In this document: in pieces, positions 40,091 through 53,067 of the stretch
Layout: each line of letters begins with the position of its first letter
How positions within the stretch are numbered: position 1 is the first letter of the stretch
Assembly: GCF_001194135.2 (NCBI RefSeq)
Contig: NC_068983.1
Coordinates: forward strand, 53,342,280 to 53,406,279
Direction: 5' to 3'
From: Octopus bimaculoides
Lineage: Eukaryota
Length of the DNA stretch: 64,000 nt
Made by a program: the position numbers and the translations under genes
The notes under the pieces: model-generated
Databases searched by the model: none
What the model was told of the DNA's origin: nothing
What the model saw: the letters and a program-made list of their open reading frames with translations, nothing else

Positions 40091-41879
40091 TTTATTCAAT
40101 AGTTACATGCTTTGGTTTTTGGAAAGTTTAATTCAAATATGAATATTCAGTTACAAATGTATTATATAACATATCATACATATCAATATGTAAGAAAGGA
40201 TTCTCGTTCTTTTTTTTTTCTCTTGTTTTTGTTTTAGAAATTGATTAATTGTAAATTATATCGATTTTTGGAGAACTGGATCTTTGTTCTAATTGCTTCC
40301 AGCACCTCTAAACTAGTTGAATGAAAAACTTACTTGGTTTCTATTTCTACTACACACACAATATTCAGCATTCAAATATTTGCTTCTGCATGAACGAACA
40401 TCTAACTGTTAGACAATCAGTGATACCTTTGTAAATGAAATCTCATTGTGTGATATGTACAGACATTGAAATAATGATTCTTTTCTTAGGCAGAACACGC
40501 TTTTGAATAAAGTGGAGGTGATATAATCAGTTCACTTACCTACACTAAGTTACAGATATCTGTTTCATTGATTCCTAAAAGGTTATAAGGTAAATTCTAC
40601 TGCATTCAGAATTGAACTAAGAAATGTGAGGCAGTAAGTTGAACACCATTCAAATTCTCCCCATTGCCACAATTTTTGCTCTGAAACTTTAAGATAACAT
40701 AAAACTATATAAAAACATATATACACATATATGTATATGTATATATACATATATATATTTATGTCTATATACATATATATATATGTATGTATACATACAC
40801 ACACACACATATATATATATATATGTATATGTCATAAATATCATTTTGAATAATATAAAACTGATTTAATTTTTCAAAGTTCAATGGCTTTAACATTTTT
40901 CAAAGAAATTCAAATTAACTTTCATTATTTATTTACAAAAGATATGCTCTTATCAAATTTAAAACCTAGTGGAATAATAACTAAATTATGCTGATTAAAT
41001 TAGTGTGTAATTATGAATATTTAAAACTTATTATACAATCATATGATTGAGATTTAATATTTACCTTAAAACAGATGAGTCCTTATATGTGTGTGTGTGC
41101 GTGTTTGTGAACACATAAAAATTTATTTGAAATTTTCATTTATTTTCACATATCTTAAAAATTGCATTTTTAATCAGAGATAAAACTCAATTCTTAATTC
41201 TTAATTTAGCATGCATGAAATTGTGTGTACATATGCATGCATGTTTGCCGGTAAATTATTTGAAGTTTTAAATCATGATTGGTTCATATCTTGCCTGGGA
41301 AAATCATCCCAACTCTAAATGATCTCACTTAATATTAGCTAAATTACTGCCAATGTTTGACATGCAAATCACCTGGCCGAATTCTATTCCCCAATGTAAC
41401 ACTCAGAGTTAATAAAATTCTTTTGTCAAAGAAGACCTTTACTGTAACCTCCAACTGAAATTTGAGAATCTGGTGATTGTTGATGATAAAACAAATACAG
41501 AAATTCATACACACATACACAAGCACAAGTACACATGTACCCTTTCCTCATGAACAAATTATGATTTAAATGATTTAGCCCAAGACTCACTATCATCATT
41601 AATCTTTATTATAAACCTGTTAGTCTCATCAAAGAATTCTCTGTTTTATTACTTTGAACAACTATTGACTTGGTTACATCTTTAAAAGCTTCCATCTGTG
41701 GACACTTGTTTATATAGCTGTGTTGTGTGTAGTTGTACCATTCCGTGTAGGTGTATCATTTAAGAGAAATGATACATAATCAACAAAAATATTCAATGTT
41801 GAGAAATTTTAGTTTTACTCTATCCTTCATTTGGTGGGATCTTGCCTTGAGAGTTGCTTGGTGACCTTACTGATGTTGA

Positions 41880-42060
41880 TGTCACATAAAGAAGCACCCA
41901 GTATCTTTTGTAAAGTGATTGGTGTTAGAAAGGGCATCCAATCATAGAAGCTATGTAAAGCAAACAGTGGAACATAGGACAGCCCTCTGTCTCGCCAGCT
42001 CCTGTCAAACTGTCCAACCCATGCCAGCATGGAAAATGGACTTAAATGGTGATAATGATT
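41880..42060 (+). mobile_element. RTE LINE 3' tail (degenerate)
   Basis: gtgattggtgttagaaagggcatcca...ccaacccatgccagcatggaaaatggac. Confidence 0.7.
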
Positions 42061-44709
42061 TGATCCAATATTGTACTGCCCTTCTTTATATCATTTTCGT
42101 TTACCACATGCTCTGTTCCTTTGAACTATGCAGCTATAGCCTATCATTATTCTAACTTGTTGAATCCCCACACTCTCTCGAGGGCCCCACCATCTCTGGG
42201 TAGTTGACCTAACCCAGGGACTGGTTTAGCACCATTATCTCATCCTTATTTACCCTCAATGAGATTCCCTTTGTTGTAGTCATTCAAACCATGTCTCAGG
42301 TTCTCTTCTTAACTTTTTGTTTTCTATACATATTAATCTATAGATATTCTGCTTGAGCAACAGCTGCTTCAGTCTTACTAGACTACAAGGTCCTGTGTAG
42401 GTCATGGATCCCTTACAATCCTGACTAACTTATGAAAATGAGTGATAATTTAAAACTCACTCCTCTTTCATATATTTCCACATTACTGTAATAAGAAAAT
42501 AGTCACTCCAGGTTTTTACTCACCTTGTCCATTTTTCTGAGTAAAAAAAACTAGCTACTTTTTGATGCAATGATAATAGAATTAAATATTTCAACTATTG
42601 CATTCTCTTTTAAATTATTGCTTGTTTTATGTTGTAGTGAATACTGAGGTAACTAAACAATTTCAGGTGTTGTCTGAAAAGTAAGACATGAGTGAGTTGA
42701 GTTGTTGCTTCAAGACATTTTTATTATATACATCATAAAAGTATTTCTACTAGGATTATTGTTATTATCATTATTGTCATTACCATCATCGTTATTGTCA
42801 TTACATTTGCAATATGAACAAAATTCTATACGGTTCTTAAAAATGTATTCCCATCTTGAGACTTGGTGACCAAACTCCTTAACTTTTAAGGAATATATGA
42901 TGGCCTCATTCAGAGTCAGGAATGACATCGCAGTATTCTGCAACTCTGCTACTTGCATCTTTATTCCTGTATCTTGAGCAGTGTTTCTATGGCAACAGAG
43001 TTATGGTTTTCTGGTCCAAATCGAGATGATTTTCAGATTTTGTATTCTTTCATCTCCTCTCTGCTACAATATGTTATAATGAAGTCTATGCTGATATTAA
43101 GCTCATCACTTTTCTTGTCTATTTGAATATTACCTGCTCTCTATGATTCTGTAATATGGTCAATTTGTGCTGCAGAATTCTTAAAGACTTACTACAAGTA
43201 TTATTTTCAATAACAGATTCCTGATTGTATAGGTTATAACTTTGCATCAACTTTGACCCTGCGTTTCCTATTAAGCTTCCTATTTATTTTTCCCTTTATT
43301 CTTTCACTACCATATTTTCTGTTATCTCGCTACATTCCCAACTTAATATGATCGGTACATGCATTTTCTTTGCCACACTACAGCTCTCTTGCTTCCTACA
43401 TTCTTGTCAATTTTTACTTTAGCATTAGACGTGGTTTTCTTTTCATAAAAAGACATCATAAAGCTTTGTGCTGCTCTTTTTAATTCTCCATTTTATAGAT
43501 GTGTACATTGATCTTCAGTTTTCCTGACAATTATTGTTGTTGTTTGAGAACATCAATGTTAGTGTTCTTAGTAGAGAGACAGATTATAAGGGCCACACTT
43601 TGGTTTCTTCTCTGTTGATTTTAAATACTACTGGAGTCTCTGATACACTTGATAAAATAAAACAGTGACAAAATTGGTCTTTTGCTTAGACAGTGTTGAG
43701 TCAAATTAAAAAGAAAACCAAAATAGTTTATAGGAGGGTCTGTGAAGTTGAAATTAATTAAATAAGCATTAGTGATTAATAGCTATATTATGGTTAAATG
43801 TTAATCTTGAATCAAACATCTGCCACCACCATGACAACTATACAGAAATTTAACATAACCATCAGATTTCTATAAATGCAATCAAATCTCTTACAAATCA
43901 TCCCCTACAATCTTAGATAATAAAGAATATGTTTTATTGCATCATTCTTCATATACAAAAACAAAAATGACGAGATGGTCATGGGTGGAACACTCTGATC
44001 ATTGGGTTGCTCAGTCTCGGATGCTTGGAGCTAAACCACTCCTACCATATTTATTTAACAAGGAATATCATTCATTCAAATGGATCAAAAGTTGATTTTA
44101 ATGAAGCTGTTTCAGTTCTGTTCCAGGCAAAAACTTTCAGTGAATGGTGAGGTAGAAATAACAATACTTCCTAACAATCAATACTTGGACAAAAAAAAAA
44201 AAAAATACATTCTACCCTTTCAGGCATTGAACTGAAATTATGCCACGCCCTGTTCTATGATCACAGTAAGAACAGAATACCAGAGATTGAATGAGTAAGC
44301 CAAAATGTAAATAGTACAGTAAAGTGTGGTTGAGTGGCTAAGAAGTTTGCTTTGCAGTCTTGTGGTTTCAGGTTTAGTTCCAATGCCCAGCATCTTGGGC
44401 TAATGTCTTCTGCTATAGCCCTGGACCGAACAGAAACTGTGTAGAAGCCTGTATGCACACACACACGCACACACCCATCTATCTGTCTATATATTTATTT
44501 ATCTTAAGTCTGGTACATATTCTATCAGCTTCTTTTGGTGAACTGGTAAGTTATGGGGATATAAATAAACAGAAACCAGCTGTTGCGTGTTGAGTGGGGG
44601 ACAAACACAAACACAGGCCCAATGTAATCTTATGGCTTCTGAGATCCTGTTGAATCAGCCAGCCCATGCCAGGAAGGAAAGCAAATGTTAAATGATGAGG
44701 ATGACAATG

Positions 44710-44764
44710 ATGCATGTATGTATGTATGTATGTACATATGTATGTATGCATGCATGTATGTATG

Positions 44765-44800
<36 letters not shown>

Positions 44801-44966
44801 AAACGGGAGTAGCTGATGAAGTAGAATGTTCTCTATGTGGCTTGTGTGTTTTCTCGTCTACGTTTTGTTTGCAATGTCCTGTACCCAGATATGCACCTAT
44901 ACATACAGGTGGATGTTGGTACACACATACCTGTACGTATATATGCATATACTCATTTACTATTTG

Positions 44967-45004
<38 letters not shown>

Positions 45005-45044
45005 AACACACACATGCATACATACATACATATGTATGTGTGTA

Positions 45045-45085
<41 letters not shown>
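44710..45085. repeat. (TATG)n, (TA)n and (TG)n microsatellite cluster
   Basis: Direct reading. Confidence 0.9.
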
Positions 45086-45087
<2 letters not shown>

Positions 45088-45690
45088 CTCTGTCATATCA
45101 TCCCTACTCACATTTCTCACATTCTTTTACTCTTTACCTTCTATCTCTTTGTATCCCTCCCCTACTCCTCTCCCTTCATATTATCTTAACTGCAAGCTAA
45201 CACTACTTTTTTTCACTTCCTTCACCCTTTCTTCACTTTTTTTTCACTATTTATTTTTTTTCTCTCTCCTCTTTTTTTCTTGTTTCTCTCTTCCTTCCTG
45301 TCATTTTCCCTTCCTGTTCTCAATTTGACCTATCTCCTCTTTCTAATCATTCACATCTTTCCTCCCGCCATCTATCCACAAATACTACTAATACATTCTC
45401 AAATTTTCATTCACACCACAAAACCATTTCGAACGAGCAACACAGATTCCATAGCTCCATACTTTGAAATGACTAAACAGGAACAGCTATTGGAACTTAC
45501 ACACCATGAACAGGAAACATTTTTACCACTTCTGTACACCATTTTCCTCGAATAATGGAACTGAAACTACAATATCTTTCTATATCTTATTTCTACTTTC
45601 ATTCTTTTATTTCCCTCAATATTCCCTATCTCTTCCTTTTCCATAATAATTCAAACTCAAGTATTTTCTCAATTTAACCTTTTCACACCA

Positions 45691-45736
45691 TCTCTGATGA
45701 AGGGATATCCATAATATCCCAGAAACAGCTGTAAGA
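45691..45736 (+). ncRNA. Minimal type I hammerhead ribozyme motif (Penelope-type)
   Basis: TCT-CTGATGA-a-GGGATA[tccataa]TATCCC-a-GAAAC-AGCT-GTA-AGA: 3-bp stem I (TCT/AGA), intact core, 6-bp stem II with an A:A closing mismatch, palindromic stem III ACAGCTGT, and a GUA cleavage triplet. Confidence 0.7.
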
Positions 45737-46085
45737 CTATCTCCTTATAAATGTCCTTAAAACTCTTCACAGCCTTGGCTTTGTTATCTCATTTTGTCTC
45801 ATATATATATGCATGCTAATACAAGACCCACATTAGACTCCTCACTCATATCATTATTGAACCAAGAGTTTAACTACAGTCTGTCCACAGCACTTACTTA
45901 GCATTACCTAACACCCTTTCGATCTTCTAGATACCAATACCTCTCATATATATATATATAGGTAGTAATTAATAAGTTGTGTGATACAGTATATACCTGG
46001 TAGTGTACTGGTAAAGTACGTTCACTGGTTTAGTATCCATTAGGTGTGTAATTAATGAGAGAGATGGAAGATGGAAGATATGAGA

Positions 46086-46286
46086 ATCTTTATTGATCAC
46101 TACAATCATTTTGACTCATCTAGCATTGATCCCACGTGGGTTGAATATGCACAGCTGGTTTATGTGTATCTCTCAGTGTAGGTGTGTCTCCTCAGGTGAT
46201 TTCAAGAGGTATCTTGTTAAAATAATTTCTGTTTCACACATCTCGTTGCTAGATGGGTTGAAACGATTGTAGTGATCAATAAAGAT
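46086..46286. mobile_element. MITE-like element with 40-bp imperfect terminal inverted repeats
   Basis: atctttattgatcactacaatcattttgactcatctagca (46086-46125) versus tgctagatgggttgaaacgattgtagtgatcaataaagat (46247-46286); 4 transition differences. Confidence 0.7.
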
Positions 46287-46519
46287 TATCGTACCTTTCA
46301 TCTCTCTCATTATATATGTAATGTTTGTACTGCACATTGGCTCACTTTCTCCATCAAATTGACATTTTCTGTGCACAGGTTACCACACATCAGGTGTCAA
46401 AGTGATTGCAGAACAGCATGAAATGATATGAACCCCATGCACCGCCCATTCTAAGAATTGAAATCACAATTGCTAGATCATGAAGGCTAACCACTAGGCC
46501 ATGTGCCCTCATGTATATA

Positions 46520-46925
46520 TATTTATATGGCTCCCGTGCCAGTGGCACATGAAAAGTACCATTTGAGTGTGATCGTAACCTGCATTGCCTTCCTGGCACT
46601 TGTACCAGTGGCATGTGAACAAAACATTCGAGCGAGGTCGTTGCCAGTGCCGTTGGACTGGCTCTTGTGCAGGTGGCACGTAAAAGACACCCTTTGAGAG
46701 TGGCCATTGCCAGTACCACCTGACTGGCCCTCGTGCCGGTGGCACGTAAAAGCACCCACTACACTCTCGGAGTGGTTGGCATTAGGAAGAGCATCCAGCT
46801 GTAGAAACTCTGCCAGATCAGATTGGAGCCTGGTGCAGCCTTCTGGCTTGCCATTCCTCAGTCAAACTGTCCAACCCATGCTAGCTTGGAAAGCAGACGT
46901 TAAACAATAATGATGATGATGATAG
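46520..46925 (+). mobile_element. RTE LINE 3' UTR with multiple GTGCC/GGCAC modules
   Basis: Ends aaagcagacgttaaacaataatgatgatgat. Confidence 0.85.
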
Positions 46926-47529
46926 GTATACGTATGTATACATAGATAATAAGTACTGAGGGCAGGGGTGTCAATCTGTTTGACTAAACCCTTCAAGGTG
47001 GTGCCCCAGCATAGCTGCAGACCAATAAATGACATAAGTAAAAGGTAAAACTTTTGAAAAGAATGTCCTTGAATATTCAGTTTTTGCTAAATTCAGTCAG
47101 TTTCGAGAGTCTTTTTACTATTTATTGAATGCTCCGATTATACATGCCTTGGCATATTGCCCAGTATAGATACCTATCTTCATTATCATTTTTAAACATG
47201 TATTTCAACTTGTAAAGTCTGACACAGCTATTTAATGGTTTCTTTATGACTAATGGATATTCCTTATCGAATTTCTCATACTATCTTACATAGAATTTCT
47301 TAAACCTGAGCAGCAACCATAAAGCAGACAACTGCTTTCAAAGTAAAGATTGCAGTCTAGGCAACATTTTACTTTCTGGTTGATTTATTAGTAAAGTTTT
47401 GCTGTAGGATATTGACTATGAAACACGTTTAGTCTGCCCTGTTTTCATGGTTATGCTTGATTCTCTTACTTAGATATTGTTTCATCATTTGTTTTAGTGC
47501 CTTTTCTTTTTCTGTTATTCAAATCTGAG

Positions 47530-47895
47530 CACTCTCTTTTGCCGGCATTTCTCTTTCACTTGTTTCAGTCATTGGACTGTGGCCATGCTGGGGCACTACC
47601 TTGTAAGGTTTGTTAAATAAAATACTTCCTAATATTTATTTTATTGGCCTTTTTTGCCAAATTACTAAGTTACAGGGACATAAACAAACAGACACTGATT
47701 GCCAAGTGATAGTGGGGCAACCACAAATACATGCACATACACATACACACATGACAGACTTCTCATAGATTCTATCCACCAAATTTGCTTACAAGCATCG
47801 GTTGGCTCTAGTAGAATAAATTTGCCCAAGGTGTTAAGCAATGGGACTGAACCTGAAACTATGTGATTGCAAAGCAGATTTGTTGAGCACACAGC
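47530..47895 (-). mobile_element. tRNA-derived SINE (degenerate)
   Basis: cacttgtttcagtcattggactgtggccatgctgg...gggactgaacc...cacagccatgcctgc. Confidence 0.7.
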
Positions 47896-47929
47896 CATGC
47901 CTGCATTTATTTGTATATATATATATATA

Positions 47930-49135
47930 TCATCATCATCATCATTATTATCATGCTGGCATGGGTTGGACAGTTTGACTAAGAACTGGTATGCCAGGAG
48001 GCTGCACCAGGCTCTAATCTGATTTGGCAAGGTTTCTACAGCTGAATGTCCTTCCTAACGCCAACCACTCTGAGAGTGTAGTGAGTACTTTTTACATGCC
48101 ACCGGCACAGGTGCCAGTTAAGCAGTACTGGCATCGGCTACACTCGAATGGTGCTTTTTACATGCCACCAGTATGAGTGTCAGTCAGGCAACACTGGCAT
48201 CAGCCATGTTTGAATAGTGCTTTTTAAGTGCCACTGGCATGAGTTTTCACTCAGGCAGCACTGGCATCGGCCTTGACTATCATTTCACTCTGTTCAACAG
48301 GTCTTCAGAAGCACGGTATGTCGCCAACGATTGAAGGGTACTTTTAAACAGGCCAGTTATGCAACACTGGCATCAGTCGATCTCACTTGGCTTGCCAGAT
48401 CTTCTCAGGCACACCATGTCTCCAAAGGTCTCAATCGCTTGTCATTGCCTCTGTGAGGCCCAATATTCGAAAGTCATGCTTCACCACCTCATCCCATGTC
48501 TTCCTGGGTCTACCTCTTCCACTGTTAAGGTGTGACACTTCTTCACACAGCTGTCCTCATCTATACGCATCACATGACCTTACCAGTGCAGTTATCTCTC
48601 TTGCACACCAATTCTGATGCTTCTTATGTCCAACTCTTCTCTCAAAATGCTTACACTCTCTCATGCATGCACACTGACATTACACACCCAGTAGAGCATA
48701 CTAGCTTCATTTCTTTCAAGCCTTTACATGTTCTTAGCAGTCACAGCTCATGTTTCACTGCTGTGTAGCATGGCTGTTCACAGACAGGCATCATACAGTC
48801 TACCTGTCACTTTGAGCGAGAAGCCCTTTGTTACCAGCAGAGATAGGAGCTCTCTGAACTTTGTGCAGCTTATTCTTATTCTCAGAGCATCCATCCCCAC
48901 TACTGACTTGGTCATCTCAGTAATGGAAGCTATTAACTACTTCTAGTTTTTTCCCCTGGCATGTGATGGAATCTGTTTTCTGTACATTTTCGGTGTTTAT
49001 TGCACCTGTGCATCTTCCACACACAAACACTATCTTCCCAGTTCACCTTCCTTTGATATTGCTGCACCTCTTAAGTGTCCATAGCCTATACCTGGTACAT
49101 CTTATGGAGTTTCTACCTATGCCTTTTCTACAGAT
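47930..49135 (-). mobile_element. RTE LINE, 5'-truncated (Cys-rich insert, C-terminus and 3' UTR)
   Basis: Minus strand ICRKGIGRNSIRC..YRLWTLKRCS...FVCGRC...KKLEVVNSF, then the same C-terminus and tail as 34988-36076. Confidence 0.8.
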
Positions 49136-52059
49136 CTAAAATATGTACCTGTTGAGTATTGGGGCCAATACAATTCGATTCCCCCCCCCCGAAATTGCTG
49201 GCCTTGTGCCAAAATTTGAAACCAATAGTCACATTCTCCCCTTGGTTTGTTACTTTATTAACTTCTTAAGTCTTCTTAGTTTTGCATTTCTAATCTTTTC
49301 AATTTTCTGTTTTAAACAGTCAGGTATGGAACACAGAAATTAATTTTCCCATTTAAATGTCTTTATGAAACCTTTAAACTGTATTAGTCTGTTTTTGTTA
49401 TTTAGCCCTGAGTCAGCCTTAACTGAGCATTTTTTTCATGCAGCTACAATTGCATTTCATTTCATCATGCCACATCCAGAAATCTCTGTCTCCCATTATC
49501 TTTGGTATGTTCTTTATTTCATGTTGTGTATCTCTGACAATAACATCAACATAGTTGAGTGATCTTCATCCTTTATTCGTGTGTAGAAATTTCCAAAATA
49601 TAACATCTGATATGGTCTGGTGTTTAGCAGCAAAGCTGTGATCAGCTAAGCTTATTCTGCATTGAGCAACAATAGTAGAGATGAATGGATTGTATCTAAA
49701 TCACCCCTTTGGTCTTATGCTCACACGATGAGAGGTTTGAAACCCTCACCACTGAACGTATCCATGATCCATTTAATCTTTCTATTTGGGCATTAGTTAA
49801 CTTCAGACTATGTTATCCAATATATCTTTTCTTTTAAGAAGGCAGGATTGAGTTTGAATGAAATTTAACTGCTATGTTTAACAACTATATTGAAATTCCC
49901 TTGGTGGGAGTCTTATTAGTGTTTCCATATGACTGCCATTCTTAGTTTATAGATTTAAATCCTTCACAAATATGAAGGATAATTTAATGATTTTTGTCAC
50001 CAAGTGTACTTTCTCACAATCACATTCAGCTTGGCTAACTGGTGAATAAAAGAAGTAGGAAACATCTTGAAATATTCACTCTTAAATGTTTGAATTTCCC
50101 TTTTTGTTTTACTTCTTTTTATTTTTCCATCACTTTGTTGCAACACTATCAAGATATGATTGAGTTTTCTGTAGTTCTTTAAGTTGCCTGTCACAATTTT
50201 AAAGGACAAGGGTACTTCTCAACTTTCTTCGTAAAAGAAAAGAAAAAATCTAAATAATTATTTCTGTTGGGATTTTTACACATTTTCAAGAGTCTTATTT
50301 CAAACTACAATTGCAGTACTCTATCGGAAAAACCTTTTGTTAAATTTTTCCAGTGCATCTAAATTTTCTCTTTCTTCTGTGAATATTTCTTTTCCAATTG
50401 TAAACTGCCTGTTATGAAAAGGCATCCATCCACATATTTGCCCTATTGTTATTTATATTCTCTCATTATCACCACCACCAACATCATCATCATCACCATA
50501 TTTTTTTTTATATTTTTCAATGTACATCTAAACTCAGCTATATCAATCTTAGGGATGTGAATTGTTATTTTATATTTTGAGGGGTTTTTCAAATATTTTC
50601 ATGACATTGATTATAGTTTGTATAAGACGTGATATATAACATCATTTTCTTATTTTGTACAAAATGGAGTTGTGAATTTCTATATTTCATGTCTGTATGT
50701 AAATCCTTATTTTATAAATTCTTACATGTTTATTTATGTTATTTATCAACCCCTCCTCATGCTCCCAATATATGAATTCATGTTTTCAATTACTGCTTTC
50801 CAAATATCAATTTTTCAGGCTTTATATTGGAAAAGTTTCCAATTTTTTAAATATATAATTTCGTTTCTTTTTTTTTTGGGGGGGGACTTTTATCATATTT
50901 GATCTTTTCAAAAGATATAGTTTAGCAGTTTTAAATATTTTAAACTTGTAATAGTTGAATATTGAACAAAATACCTTGTGTATTTCTGTCCTTTTAAGTT
51001 CTAAGTTCAAATCCTACTGCATTCTACTTCATCTTTCATCTTTTGGGGATTCATGAAATAAAGTTCCAGTTAAATACTTAACTACTTGAATCAATGTAAT
51101 CCTGAATGTTGAAAATGCAAGGGTCAGAATTAATGCCAATATGTATAGGACTTGTGAATTATGATAACAACCTTTGGACAAGTGTGTATACAAAAACTAT
51201 GTCTGCCTTCTCACTGCATCCCCTGACATAACCACCAGACACTTGCTTCCTTTTAAAGGAGCCCACATCTAGCCACACATTGACCAGAGCTCCATTCAAC
51301 TCTTCTTTCAAGAGTATATGAAATCCCTCCCATGTTTAAAACAGAATGTCTCCTTTCTTTTTGCTTTTCTTAAGGTAAACTTCTCGTTCTAAGAGAAACT
51401 TCATATCTTTTCTATTCTATGAGCTGGCTTAGGTTCAGACTCTTCTTATGACCCACAACATTCACAAAAGATAAAATATTATGGTTATTGTTACTATTTA
51501 TATTACTTATATTATATCCACCTGCTGCCATTTAAGTGTTTCCAGTACTGTTCTTTCATTTTTATGTGACTGTTTGCCATTGTGTAATTGTGTGTTCTGT
51601 TTGTCAGTTTAATTTTTACATTGTCTTTTTGTTTATATCAATTTTAATGTTTCAAATTATATAGTGGAGTATTGTTTCATTACATCATGAATGCTACTTC
51701 TATTACCATTTTGGTAAACACCTTTTCCTGCTCCTTCTTAGAGCCGTTTTAGATCATAGATAATGATAATACAAACGTTTACTCTGCAAATATATAATTC
51801 ATGGTTAAAATCAATATGTGGATGAAGTTTCACCACTACCTTGCCTATTGGGTTGATTGTTTAAATATTTCAAAATCTGTTAGAGGGGGGAAAAATTCAT
51901 TATTAAGCAATCCCAGTAAATGTATTTTCATGGGAACTCCAACAGTGATGTTCATTTGCTTCAGTATTCAATATTAATTATAGTATTTTTCATTGTTTGC
52001 TAACAAGACCCATTCATTCAATGTGAAGTGCATCATATGTGGCACTGTGCATATACATA

Positions 52060-52259
52060 CATGAAGCGTTAGGCAAAAATGTAATAAAATAAATTGAGAC
52101 ATTAAAAATTTCTTATGTGAAAACAAATGCAAAACATATGTGTAATAAATATATATATATATATATATATATTACACATATGTTTTGCATTTGTTTTCAC
52201 ATAAGAAATTTTTAATATGTCTCAATTTATTTTATTACATTTTTGCCTAACACTTCATG
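52060..52259. repeat. Long inverted repeat (~88/90-bp arms) around an (AT)n centre
   Basis: catgaagcgttaggcaaaaatg...catatgtgtaata versus tattacacatatg...catttttgcctaacacttcatg; the arms differ by one substitution and a 2-nt indel. Confidence 0.85.
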
Positions 52260-52727
52260 NNNNNNNNNNNNNNNNNNNNNNNNNNNNNNNNNNNNNNNNN
52301 NNNNNNNNNNNNNNNNNNNNNNNNNNNNNNNNNNNNNNNNNNNNNNNNNNNNNNNNNNNNNNNNNNNNNNNNNNNNNNTATATATAAATAAAAAGGAGTT
52401 ACGACGCAAAAACGTATAAATTCAAAAGAACATATTTATCTTCTTCAATATATATTTCAGTAAAAAGAATTCATTAAGATGCTTAAATCAAAATTTCTTT
52501 ACACATCATTCAGGAATAAAAATATAACATCAGAAAAAATACACTCCGTTTAAAAACACAAACTGTTCATGGCGAAAAAATTTCCCAATTACAGAAAACG
52601 AACAAAATACCTTCACTGTCGTTTTTTTCTGCTATTTTGGTGATGATTTTTTAAGTTAGCTTACCAATTATTTTTGTTGGTAGTTAATTTATAATATATT
52701 GATATTATATGTGTGTGTGTGTGTGTA

Positions 52728-53067
52728 TTCTTTTACTTGTTTCAGTCATTTGGCTGTAGCCATGATCCAGGTATGCCTTTAGTTGAACAAATTGCCCCCA
52801 GGACTTATTCTTTGTAAACCCAGTACTTATTCTATCGGTTTCTTTTGCTGAACTGCTAAGTTACAGGGATGTAAACACACCAACATCAGTTATCAAGTGA
52901 TGGTGGGCGACAACACAGAAACACAAACACTCACGCACACACATTTATATACGATGGGCTTCTTTCAGTTTGTACCAAATCCACTCACAAGACTTTGGTC
53001 AACCTTGCCCAAGGTGCCACGCAGTGGGATTGAACCCAGAAGCATGTGATTGGGAAGCAAGCTTCTT
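52728..53067 (-). mobile_element. tRNA-derived SINE, body and B box (split; the A-box part is at 55235-55270)
   Basis: B box GGTTCAATCCC on the minus strand at 53026-53036. The sequence stops at gggaagcaagcttctt and resumes 2.17 kb later with accacacagctacgcctgtgcc (A box TAGCTGTGTGG). Confidence 0.85.

Noticed and set aside
47303-47434. Third hammerhead-like motif (acCTGAGCA...GAAACACGTTTAGTC)
   Set aside because: The core and stem III are mutated relative to the 57402 motif; most likely an inactive pLTR relic.
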